NCBI GenBank assembly: GCA_026392355.1 | Contig: JAPLCF010000036.1 | Location: 129,054-193,053 of the forward strand | Direction of reading: 5' to 3' | DNA: 64,000 nt | DNA from: Actinomycetota bacterium | GTDB lineage: Bacteria; Actinomycetota; Thermoleophilia; Gaiellales; F1-60-MAGs149 | In this document: piece after piece, positions 1 through 7,999 of the stretch | Position numbering within the stretch: the stretch's first letter is position 1 | Layout of the letters: each line of letters opens with the position of its first letter | Position numbers and translations under genes: made by a program | The notes under the pieces: model-generated | Seen by the model: only the letters and a program-made list of their open reading frames with translations | What the model was told of the DNA's origin: nothing | Database searches by the model: none

Positions 1-793
1 CGATGTTGCGGGCGCCCTCGACGCCCTCGATCAGCTGCTCGAGTTGCTCGGCTTCCGGCCCGCCGGTGATGGTCGTGACAAGCCCGTCGACGACTTCGAG
101 GCGCAGCGGCTCATAGAGTGCGCCGAGGTCGGTCATCACGTACTCGAGCACCATCACGCCGTTGGTCGTGCCCTCCAGGGGTGGCAGAGAGACCTCACCG
201 CCGGGGTACGCCGAGATCTCCCCCGGGTTGCGGCAGATCGCCGTCAGCCAGGCCTTCGGGTCACGACCGAGGATCGACATTTCGAGGTCGGTACCGGCCG
301 GCGAGGTGACGTGAATGCGGTCGGCGCCGCGCAGGCGATCGGCGACGCGTTCCGCCGTCTTCCGAATCTCATGGTGGTCCGCCGTCATCGCGCCATGGGT
401 CCAAGCATCGACGGTCGAGGGCGCGTTCATTGCGCCACGCGTGCCAGCCGCCTTGGCCTCCCCGGTGGCCCGCGTGTGGTAGAGGCTGCGCTTGGTCACG
501 CTGACCACGACGTCAGCACCAGCCATGGCGGCCGCCACTGCGGACGATGGCTCAGCGCCGGAGTGCGGACGCATAGGGATGCGCACCAGCGCGGCATCGG
601 CGCCTGCTGCGAGGCCCGCGGCATAGAGGGAATTGCCGATCTGGAGATCTGCGCCGTCATCGACGATGATGACCAGCGACTCTCCCGCGCAGACGCCCAG
701 ATAGGACTCGATCACGCGCTCGGCGACCTCGTCGAGCGGTACCTCGCGCGCGGACTCGGGAGCATTGGGGGGAATCCTCGTTGCGTTCCACAT
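1..793 (-). CDS. M29 family (aminopeptidase T / NicX-like) protein; C-terminal part lies beyond the window edge
   Basis: Absent from the ORF track because it runs off the 5' edge. Manual minus-strand translation from the ATG at 793..791 gives MWNATRIPPNAPESAREVPLDEVAERVIESYLGVCAGESLVIIVDD...VTSPAGTDLEMSILGR...YPGGEVSLPPLEGTTNGVMVLEY. This resembles the thermophilic metalloprotease M29 fold. The + ORF 44..799 is its antisense shadow. Confidence 0.5.
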   Translation of the reverse strand, partial: MWNATRIPPNAPESAREVPLDEVAERVIESYLGVCAGESLVIIVDDGADLQIGNSLYAAGLAAGADAALVRIPMRPHSGAEPSSAVAAAMAGADVVVSVTKRSLYHTRATGEAKAAGTRGAMNAPSTVDAWTHGAMTADHHEIRKTAERVADRLRGADRIHVTSPAGTDLEMSILGRDPKAWLTAICRNPGEISAYPGGEVSLPPLEGTTNGVMVLEYVMTDLGALYEPLRLEVVDGLVTTITGGPEAEQLEQLIEGVEGARNI

Positions 794-2060
794 GTTTGAT
801 ATCGTATCAAATGTGAGTGGACCTCAGACAGGGCTTTCGGTGAGCGCCCACGCGCTCGCTGACGGTCACCCCGGCACGGGCCGGAGCTTCCGACTCCATC
901 GGCCTCGTTCCGGCGTCTGCGGCAACGGAACCTGCGGGCAGTGCGGCAGCGACCCCGCCACCGGCGAGGCGTTGTGCTGCACACCATCCGGAGCCCACAG
1001 CCCCAGCCGCCACGATCCACTGCGCCTGCTCGGTCTTCCCGCCGAGCGGCAGGTGCCGTGGTTCTGGGAGCGCCGGCTTCTGCGGCCGCGGGTGCTACGC
1101 GGCCGCTACCTCGGCGCGATCCGCCACCTCAGCTCCGCCCCCGGCCTGCCACCCGCTCCGAGCATCGCTGCGCCACGGCGTCGTGTCGTTGAGGTACCCG
1201 TACTCCACGTCGGCGACCCGGACCATGCCGATGACGGGGCCATGATCGTCGATGCCGACGCCGGGTCCACAGCATTCGGCGTCTACCCCGACGGCACCGT
1301 CGCGGTAACCGCGCCGGGCGAGCTGCTGGAGGTGCACTGCGAGCGACTCGTCCTCGCCACCGGCGCGCACCTGCGCCTGCCTCCGATTCTTGGCAATGAC
1401 CTGCCGGGCGTCCTCCACCTCGATGCCCTGCACCGCTACCTCGCGCAAGGCGCCGACCTCAGCGGTACGCGCGTCGCCGTGATCGCCTCGACAGATCGCC
1501 ACGCTGCGATCAGCGCGTCGCTTGACCGGCGCTGCACCGTCGTGCACCTCGGCACAGGCGCACCATCGCGCATCGTCGGGCGGAGCCGGGTCGAAGCCAT
1601 CGAGCTCGACGGTCGCACGATCACCTGCGACGTCATCGCCCTCGCGCTCGATCAGCCCGCCGTCGAGCTCGCCCTGCTCGCCGGCTCGCGCGGCATCCTC
1701 GGCCCAGGGACACTCCCCGTCGTGCTGCCCGAAGAGCTCCCGACTTGGATCGAGCTGCGCGGACGCGCCGCTGCCCGCCTGGAACTGCCGGGCTGCTCAG
1801 CGAGCCGTGATGCCTTCGCCTGCACCTGCGAGGACGTGCGCATCCGCGACCTCGAGGCCGCAGTCACCAGCGGCCTTCGAGACGTCGAACTCATCAAGCG
1901 CCGCACCGGCGCAATGACCGGATCGTGCCAGGGCAAGATCTGCCAAGGCACGGTGCTGACGGCGCTGCGCGATCTCGGCGTCGAGCCACGTCCGATCACG
2001 CCGCGCCCCTTCGCCCGCCTCACCCGCCTCGCCGACCTCGCTTGCGGGCATGACAGGTAA
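765..2060 (+). CDS. HcnB/OoxA-like FAD/NAD(P)-dependent oxidoreductase subunit with N-terminal and BFD-like C-terminal [2Fe-2S] Cys motifs
   Basis: ORF-track protein carries CGNGTCGQCG near the N-terminus and ACTCEDV...TGSCQGKIC at the C-terminus (BFD-like 2Fe-2S pattern), with a pyridine-nucleotide-disulfide-oxidoreductase-like middle. The true start is uncertain (ATG 792 or GTG 840 possible). It overlaps the next gene by 11 nt. Confidence 0.6.
   Translation: MGGILVAFHMFDIVSNVSGPQTGLSVSAHALADGHPGTGRSFRLHRPRSGVCGNGTCGQCGSDPATGEALCCTPSGAHSPSRHDPLRLLGLPAERQVPWFWERRLLRPRVLRGRYLGAIRHLSSAPGLPPAPSIAAPRRRVVEVPVLHVGDPDHADDGAMIVDADAGSTAFGVYPDGTVAVTAPGELLEVHCERLVLATGAHLRLPPILGNDLPGVLHLDALHRYLAQGADLSGTRVAVIASTDRHAAISASLDRRCTVVHLGTGAPSRIVGRSRVEAIELDGRTITCDVIALALDQPAVELALLAGSRGILGPGTLPVVLPEELPTWIELRGRAAARLELPGCSASRDAFACTCEDVRIRDLEAAVTSGLRDVELIKRRTGAMTGSCQGKICQGTVLTALRDLGVEPRPITPRPFARLTRLADLACGHDR
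795..811. promoter_or_regulatory. Candidate GntR-type operator: inverted repeat TTTGATA-TCG-TATCAAA
   Basis: AT-rich 7-bp inverted arms sit in the divergent gap between the M29-like gene and the HcnB-like gene. A near-identical 17-mer recurs at 3911..3927 next to the GntR gene. Confidence 0.45.
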
Positions 2061-3228
2061 GCGCGTCGTCATCGTCGGCGCCGGCATCGCCGGTCTGATC
2101 GCCGCCCTCGAGGCGCAGGCGGCCGGTTGCGCCGTCACCGTGCTCGAGCGGGGGTACCCCGGCGGCGGGAACTCCGGCCGCAACGTCGGCCGCATCCGCC
2201 GCATGCAGCTGACCGAGGAACTGACACGCATCTCGATCGCTGCGAGCGACTACTGGCAGCGCATCGACACGCTGCTCGGGGGGCGCAATCCGCTGCTCTT
2301 CCCCACTACGTATGCGCTCGTCCTCTACGGCGACGATGAGGCGGCCCACCTCGGTGACCTCGAGCCGATGTGGCGGGCGGTCGGCATCGACGCACGCCTG
2401 CACGACAGCGCGACGACGCTCAAGCGCATTCCCATACTGCAGGGCGGTGAACGCCCGGTCGGCTCGGTCCTCTCCTCCGCGCATCTCGTCCACCACGATG
2501 CCGCCGTACACGGCGCCTATCTGGCGGCGCTCGAGCGGGGAATTGACGTGCGGCTCGGTGTCGAGGCGCTCGGCTTCGACGTCGTCGGTGGCGCGGTCGT
2601 CGCGGTCGAGACGACTACCGGACGCATCGAGGCCGACGCCGTGATCAACGCCGCTGACTCCAAAGCCCGCGGCCTGGCCGAGACCGCCGGCGTGTCGGTC
2701 CCCACGCACCCCATGCGCCGTGAGGCGCTCGTCACACACTCGATCAAGCCGATCATGGACCAGGCCGTGACGTTCTACCGGCCGTTCGAAGGCTGGTTCA
2801 ACCAGACACTGCGCGGCGAGATCGTTGCGGGCGTGACTGACCCGGACGAGCCCGCCGGCTACAACCACGACTCGAGCCTGCAATTCGCCACGCGCACGGC
2901 GTCGCTGCTCGCGCTCAAGGCGCCGTCGCTGCTCGGACTTCACGCCGTACGACAGTGGGCCGGCACCTACGAGTACACCCCTGACCGCAGCCCCATCGTC
3001 GGCGCGTACTCCGGCGTCGAGGGCTTTTACGGACTCCACGGATGGTCCGGCCGCGGCATGCTGCTGGCCCCCGTCAGCGCAGCGTTGCTCGTGCAAGAGA
3101 TCGTCTCCGGCATCCGCGACCCGCTGATGCTCCCCTTCGCCCCGCAGCGGTTCGACGGCGTCGAGGACGAGGCCGGACCGCACGTCGACTACTACGGTGG
3201 CTACTCCTCCGTGGAGGCGGCATCGTGA
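2050..3228 (+). CDS. FAD-dependent oxidoreductase, DAO family (sarcosine oxidase beta / HcnC / OoxB-like)
   Basis: N-terminal Rossmann motif VVIVGAGIAGL and a full-length DAO-type architecture of 392 aa. Translationally coupled to the upstream HcnB-like gene. Confidence 0.8.
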   Translation: MTGKRVVIVGAGIAGLIAALEAQAAGCAVTVLERGYPGGGNSGRNVGRIRRMQLTEELTRISIAASDYWQRIDTLLGGRNPLLFPTTYALVLYGDDEAAHLGDLEPMWRAVGIDARLHDSATTLKRIPILQGGERPVGSVLSSAHLVHHDAAVHGAYLAALERGIDVRLGVEALGFDVVGGAVVAVETTTGRIEADAVINAADSKARGLAETAGVSVPTHPMRREALVTHSIKPIMDQAVTFYRPFEGWFNQTLRGEIVAGVTDPDEPAGYNHDSSLQFATRTASLLALKAPSLLGLHAVRQWAGTYEYTPDRSPIVGAYSGVEGFYGLHGWSGRGMLLAPVSAALLVQEIVSGIRDPLMLPFAPQRFDGVEDEAGPHVDYYGGYSSVEAAS

Positions 3229-3893
3229 GCGGGCTCAGCGCTGCGCGCCACGAGCCCGCTCCACGTACGGAGCGTCGCCTCGCGATGGACAATCATCACG
3301 TCGCGAGCCGCCGCAGCATCGCCGGCGAGCGCAGCCTCGAGCAGGATTCGATGCTCTCCCTGGGCGCGCTCCATGCGCCCAGGCTCCTCGCCGAACAGGC
3401 TCCGCTGGCGCCGCGCCAGCCAGGCACTGTCCCACAGCCCGCCGATCAATTCGGCCAGCGCGGTAGATGCACACGACTCGAGCGCTTCGTGGAAATCGCG
3501 GTTGGCGCGGCTGAAGGCCGCGGAATCGTCACCCGCCACCGCTCGGTCAAGCGCGGCGAAGGCCGCTTCGGCGCGCCTACGGGCCTCAGCAGTCAGGTTC
3601 GGCACGGACTGCTCCAACGCGAGCGCCTCAAGCCACATGCGCGCCGAAACCCGATCGAGGACGTCGGCGAGCGAAATCTCGGTTACTGTCGCGCCACGAT
3701 GATCTTGGATCTCGACCATACCGTCGCGCTGAAGCATCCGCAGCGCTTCGCGCACAGGCATCTCGCTGAGACCCAACTCCTCCCCGAGCTCGCGCAGCCG
3801 CAGCCGCGCACCGGGCTCGAGGCGACCATCAGCGATCCGCGCGCGGATCTCCTCGTAGGCGTAGGCGCTCTTGACAGTGGGGGCGGAGGCCAT
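3201..3893 (-). CDS. GntR family transcriptional regulator (FadR/FCD-type C-terminal domain)
   Basis: Winged-HTH segment LRELGEELGLSEMPVREALRMLQRDGMVE followed by a helical FCD-like domain. Start placed at Met12 of the track ORF (MASAPTVKSAYAYEEI...) so that the operator lies outside the coding region. Confidence 0.8.
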   Translation of the reverse strand: MASAPTVKSAYAYEEIRARIADGRLEPGARLRLRELGEELGLSEMPVREALRMLQRDGMVEIQDHRGATVTEISLADVLDRVSARMWLEALALEQSVPNLTAEARRRAEAAFAALDRAVAGDDSAAFSRANRDFHEALESCASTALAELIGGLWDSAWLARRQRSLFGEEPGRMERAQGEHRILLEAALAGDAAAARDVMIVHREATLRTWSGLVARSAEPAHDAASTEE

Positions 3894-3910
3894 TGGCCGA
3901 AGCATAAAGA

Positions 3911-3927
3911 TTCGATATCCGATCAAA
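3911..3927. promoter_or_regulatory. Candidate GntR operator TTCGATATCCGATCAAA, second copy of the 795..811 motif
   Basis: 14 of 17 positions are identical to TTTGATATCGTATCAAA. It lies in the 47-bp divergent gap between the GntR gene (start 3893) and the DAO-type oxidase gene (start 3941). Confidence 0.45.
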
Positions 3928-3940
3928 ATGGAGGAACACC

Positions 3941-5158
3941 GTGAGCATTGAGAAGATCGCCATCGTCGGCGGCGGCATCGTCGGCACCGCCTGTGCGTAC
4001 TACCTTGCCCGCGAGGGCAAGCAGGTCACCCTGTTCGAGGAGACCGTCATCGCCCACGGTGCATCAGGGCGCAACCCCGGTTTCGTCTGGCTGCATACCC
4101 GCAACCCCGGCTTCGGCCGCGAGGTCAGCCTCGCCGGACGCGAGCTGTACGACACCCTCAAGGACGAGCTGCCGCTCGACTTCGAGTTCCGCGCCAGCGG
4201 CGGCATCATCTTCTACACGACCGAGGAGCAGGGGGAAATCGTCCGAGAGTTTGTCTCCACCGTGCAGGCCGACGGCTATCCGATGGAGCACATCGACGGC
4301 GCCGAGGTGCGCCGCATGGTGCAGCCGATCCGCCAGGACGTGCTCGGTGCCTCGTACTGCCCGGCCGATGCGTGCATCAACACACCGCTGCTCGTACGGT
4401 CGTTTGCCGAGGGTGCACGACAGGCGGGCGCGGACATCCGCGAGGGCGTCGCCGTGCACAGCATCATCCAGGAAGGCGACCGCGTCGTCGGCGTCGAGAC
4501 CGCAGAGGGCCGCTTCGAGGCCGACGCGGTCGTGCTTGGCGCAGGCGCGTGGGCACGCAAGCTCGCCGATACCGTCGGCATCCAGTTGGGTGTCGGTGGC
4601 GAGCGACTCCAGGTCGCCGCAACGGTGCCTGTGCCCGAGATCAAGGTCGAGCCGCTCGTCTACGGCCCGCTCGTCACGAAGCAGTACCGCCTCTTCCGCG
4701 ATCTGCCGAGCTGGAACGCCGACCACTTCACCGAGCCCTACGAGGACGAGGCGAACATCGAGGTGCTCGAGCTCATGTCGCAGCGCAAGAACGGTGAGAT
4801 CCTGATGGGCTGCGCGATGGACTACCCGGACGAGATCGACCTACGCCCGACCGTCGAGGGCCTCGCCCGCTCGCTGCAGTCGATCGTGCAGGACTTCCCC
4901 GGTCTCCGCGGCGTCGCGGTCGACCGCGTCTGGGCCGGCGTCCTCCCGTTCACCAGTGACACGGCGCCGATCATCGACGAGCCGATCCCGGGACTCTTCC
5001 TCGGCTCGGGTCACGTCTACGGCAACGCCGCCGGTCCGATGACGGGAAAGCTGATCACCTCGCTGGTGCTGGGCCGAGAGCCCGAGATCGATCTCGAAGA
5101 GGTGCGCTTCGACCGCGCCCTCGAGATGCCCGGTTCGGGTGTCGCCGTTCGCTGGTAG
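3941..5158 (+). CDS. FAD-dependent oxidoreductase, DAO family (glycine/D-amino-acid oxidase-like)
   Basis: GTG start. N-terminal IAIVGGGIVGTACAYYLA dinucleotide-binding motif in a 405-aa DAO-type protein. Confidence 0.8.
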   Translation: MSIEKIAIVGGGIVGTACAYYLAREGKQVTLFEETVIAHGASGRNPGFVWLHTRNPGFGREVSLAGRELYDTLKDELPLDFEFRASGGIIFYTTEEQGEIVREFVSTVQADGYPMEHIDGAEVRRMVQPIRQDVLGASYCPADACINTPLLVRSFAEGARQAGADIREGVAVHSIIQEGDRVVGVETAEGRFEADAVVLGAGAWARKLADTVGIQLGVGGERLQVAATVPVPEIKVEPLVYGPLVTKQYRLFRDLPSWNADHFTEPYEDEANIEVLELMSQRKNGEILMGCAMDYPDEIDLRPTVEGLARSLQSIVQDFPGLRGVAVDRVWAGVLPFTSDTAPIIDEPIPGLFLGSGHVYGNAAGPMTGKLITSLVLGREPEIDLEEVRFDRALEMPGSGVAVRW

Positions 5159-5201
5159 GTAGGGCGCCCAGCGGCGATCAGACCTGCCGAGCGGCGGTGC
5201 C

Positions 5202-5248
5202 GCAATCAACTTTGCTTTGGTGCCAGGCACCAAAGCAAAGTTGATTGC
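5202..5248. terminator. Perfect 23-bp-stem hairpin between convergent genes (bidirectional terminator-like)
   Basis: GCAATCAACTTTGCTTTGGTGCC-A-GGCACCAAAGCAAAGTTGATTGC. It is relatively AT-rich and sits between the stop at 5158 (+) and the stop at 5252 (-). Confidence 0.5.
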
Positions 5249-5251
5249 CGA

Positions 5252-6055
5252 TCAGGACGTGCGGCCCGACCGCCAGTCGAGCAGCGCCTTGAGACCGTCG
5301 AGCGGCCACTCAGGGCCAGAGGTGCCGTAGATGAAGAACGTCGCGCCGGCATCGATGAACTGCTCGAGCTTCTCGTTCAGCTCGCCGGCGTCGGCCGGAA
5401 TCTCCTCGGCGTTGAGCATGATGCTGCGCTCGATCTCGTTGGGATCACGCCCGACGGTGGCGCAGTGCTTGTCGAGGACCTCACACTTGTGGCGGATCTC
5501 GTCGGGCGTACCGAAGCCGTGCCAGATGTCGGCGTGCTGCGCGACGAGCTTGAGCATGACCTTCTCGCCGCCTCCACCGATCAGGATCGGGATCTTGCCG
5601 CGCACCGGCGGCGGGTTGCCGATCGCCATGCGGTCCTTAATCACCGGGATGGCATCGCGGAAGGCGTGCAGGCGGGTGATCGCCGTGCCGAACTCATAGC
5701 CGAACTCGGTGTAGTCCTTCTCGAACCAGCCGGAGCCGATGCCGAGCGTCAGGCGCCCGTTCGAGATGTGGTCCACCGTGCGGGCCATATCGGCGAGCAG
5801 GTTCGGGTTGCGGTACGACATGCACGTCACGAGCGCACCAACCTCGACGCGGCTGGTGGCCTCGGCGAGCGCGGCGATCAGTGTCCAGCACTCGAAGTGC
5901 GGACCGTCCGGATCGTCGTACAGCGGATAGAAGTGGTCCCAGTTGTAGATCGCGTCGACGCCGAGCGTCTCGGCCTCGATCCACGACGCGCGCATGGCGT
6001 CATACGAGCCGTGCTGCGGTCGTGCCTGGTACCCAATGCGAATCGCTCGTGCCAT
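5252..6055 (-). CDS. LLM-class (luciferase-like) F420-dependent oxidoreductase
   Basis: 267-aa protein with the luciferase-like monooxygenase pattern (RIGYQARP..., SNGRLTLGIGSGW, IGGGGEKVMLKLVAQHADIWH). Close paralog of 6456..7259 and last gene of the cofCDE operon. Confidence 0.75.
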   Translation of the reverse strand: MARAIRIGYQARPQHGSYDAMRASWIEAETLGVDAIYNWDHFYPLYDDPDGPHFECWTLIAALAEATSRVEVGALVTCMSYRNPNLLADMARTVDHISNGRLTLGIGSGWFEKDYTEFGYEFGTAITRLHAFRDAIPVIKDRMAIGNPPPVRGKIPILIGGGGEKVMLKLVAQHADIWHGFGTPDEIRHKCEVLDKHCATVGRDPNEIERSIMLNAEEIPADAGELNEKLEQFIDAGATFFIYGTSGPEWPLDGLKALLDWRSGRTS

Positions 6056-6058
6056 GTC

Positions 6059-6451
6059 TCAGCCCATCCAGTGTTCGGAATTGACGTCCATCTCGATCTG
6101 CACGCGCGTCTCGCCCTCGCGGCGGAACGGATATGGCTTGCCGAGGTACTTCATGGAGAGATCGTCGATGCCCTGATCGCCGCCCTCCTCCGTCATCGAG
6201 ACCGTGCCGCGCAACTCGACGTAGCGATACCCGTTCTCGGGGTCGAGTGCCATGATCGTCACCCGCGGGTCTGCCTCCATGTTGCGGAACTTCGCGCGAC
6301 CGGCTGCGGTGTTGAAGACGATCCTGTCGCCTTCGACGTGCAGCCACACGACCGTGACCTGCGGATGCCCGTCGGGCCCGATGGTGGCGAGGCTGGCGAA
6401 GATCGGCTGCTCGAGCAGCACGCGAGTGTTTTCGGAGATCGGCATGCGCAT
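6059..6451 (-). CDS. PPOX-class (pyridoxamine 5'-phosphate oxidase fold) F420/FMN-dependent protein
   Basis: 130-aa protein MRMPISENTRVLLEQPIFASLATIGPDGHPQVTVVWLHVEGDRIVFNT..., typical of the split-barrel FDOR/PPOX family. Only the 3' part of track ORF 6059..6748 is used. There is a 4-nt gap to the upstream gene. Confidence 0.7.
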   Translation of the reverse strand: MRMPISENTRVLLEQPIFASLATIGPDGHPQVTVVWLHVEGDRIVFNTAAGRAKFRNMEADPRVTIMALDPENGYRYVELRGTVSMTEEGGDQGIDDLSMKYLGKPYPFRREGETRVQIEMDVNSEHWMG

Positions 6452-6455
6452 GAGC

Positions 6456-7259
6456 CTAGCGGCTCGCCTCTGTGCGACGGGCGCGCCAGTCGAGCAGCTG
6501 CCGCAGGCCGGCGAGGTCGTAGTCGGGTCCGGCGCCCGAGTAGAAGAAATACGTGGCGCCGGCCCCGACGTAGGCATCGAAGAGCGCGTCGTCGGCATCG
6601 ACCAGCTCGTGCGCCTCGAACATGATGCTGCGCTCGATCTCGGCCGGATCGCGTCCCACCGTGGCGCAATGCCTGTCGAGGACCTCGCACTTGTGGCGAA
6701 TCTCGTCGGGCGTCCCGAAGCCGTGCCAGATGTCGGCGTGCTCGGCAACGAGGCGCAGCATCACCTTCTCGCCCCCACCGCCGATCATGATCGGGATCTT
6801 GCCGTGCACCGGCGGCGGATTGCCGATCGCCATACGCTCGCGAATCACCGGCAGCGCATCGCGGAAGGCGTGCAGACGAGTGATGGCGGTGCCGAACTCG
6901 TAGCCGAACGCGGTGTAGTCCGGCTCGAACCAGCCAGATCCCAGCCCAAGCACGAGGCGACCGCCGGAGATGTGATCGACGGTGCGCGCCATGTCGGCCA
7001 AGAGGTTTGGGTTGCGGTACGAGACGCAGGTGACCATCGCGCCGATCTCCACGCGGCTCGTGGCCTCGGCTAGCGCGGCGAGCGAGGTCCAGCACTCGAA
7101 GTGCAGGCCGTCAAGATCGCTCTCGACCGGCAAGAAGTGATCGTCGTTGTAGACCGCGTCGGCACCGAGCGCCTCGGCCTCGATCCACGACGCGCGCATG
7201 CGCTCGAACGTACCGTCCTGGGGGCTGGCCTCGTAGCCAATGCGGATGGGGCGGGTCAT
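6456..7259 (-). CDS. LLM-class F420-dependent oxidoreductase (paralog of 5252..6055)
   Basis: 267 aa, colinear and highly similar to the 5252..6055 product along its whole length. Its start overlaps the cofE stop (ATGA at 7256..7259). Confidence 0.75.
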   Translation of the reverse strand: MTRPIRIGYEASPQDGTFERMRASWIEAEALGADAVYNDDHFLPVESDLDGLHFECWTSLAALAEATSRVEIGAMVTCVSYRNPNLLADMARTVDHISGGRLVLGLGSGWFEPDYTAFGYEFGTAITRLHAFRDALPVIRERMAIGNPPPVHGKIPIMIGGGGEKVMLRLVAEHADIWHGFGTPDEIRHKCEVLDRHCATVGRDPAEIERSIMFEAHELVDADDALFDAYVGAGATYFFYSGAGPDYDLAGLRQLLDWRARRTEASR

Positions 7260-7999
7260 GCGAAGAGGTCCTTGTCGCGATCGATGATGCCGCCGGTTGC
7301 GCCCTCAGCACCGGCCTCGAGCACGACGCCACGAATCAGCACCGCGGGGACGCCGCCGCTCGGGCCGAGGGCGAGCTCGGCGGCACTCGCGAGCTGATCG
7401 CCCATGTGGACCTGCGTGGAGTGGAACTCGCGTCCCGTGTCGTCGACGCGGCCGGCGTGCTCGACGACCGTGGCGAAGCCCGCCGCGCCAAGCGCGACGC
7501 CGACGGTGCCGCGGCGGAACGGACGCCCGATCGAGTCGCTGATCACGATCGCCACGTCGGCGCCAGTCGCCGCACGCAGCGCGTCGCGAAGTCCACGCGC
7601 CGAGGCATCGGGGTCAACAGGCAGCAGCGTCACGTGGTCGGCCGCATCCTGGTTGGAGCGATCCACACCAGCCGAGCCAAGCACGTGGCCTTGGGCGGTG
7701 CGGCCGATGATGAACGCGCCGCGGCTGCGCACGACCTCGGCCGACTCGCGCAGGATCACCTCGACGACGCGCGGATCGCCGCCATCAGCGGCGCGCTCCA
7801 GCGCCTCGGGCGACGGCTCGACATCGGCGAGATCGACGATGCGCCCCTCGGCCTTCGAGACCGGCTTCTGCGCCACGACCAGCACGTCGCCGTCGGCCAA
7901 TGTCTCGCCCGCGTCGGCGATCGCGCCGAGCAGCAGCGCGGCAAGGTCGTCGCCCGGACGAATGCGCGCGGCCAGCGGAATCGGGATCACCTGGATCAT
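7256..7999 (-). CDS. cofE: Coenzyme F420-0:L-glutamate ligase, single-domain CofE type
   Basis: 247-aa protein MIQVIPIPLAARIRPGDDLAALL...DVLVVAQKPVSKAEGRIV...GVDRSN... Start is at Met168 of track ORF 7256..8500, overlapping the cofD stop (ATGA). No nitroreductase-like C-terminal domain is present. Confidence 0.8.
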   Translation of the reverse strand: MIQVIPIPLAARIRPGDDLAALLLGAIADAGETLADGDVLVVAQKPVSKAEGRIVDLADVEPSPEALERAADGGDPRVVEVILRESAEVVRSRGAFIIGRTAQGHVLGSAGVDRSNQDAADHVTLLPVDPDASARGLRDALRAATGADVAIVISDSIGRPFRRGTVGVALGAAGFATVVEHAGRVDDTGREFHSTQVHMGDQLASAAELALGPSGGVPAVLIRGVVLEAGAEGATGGIIDRDKDLFA

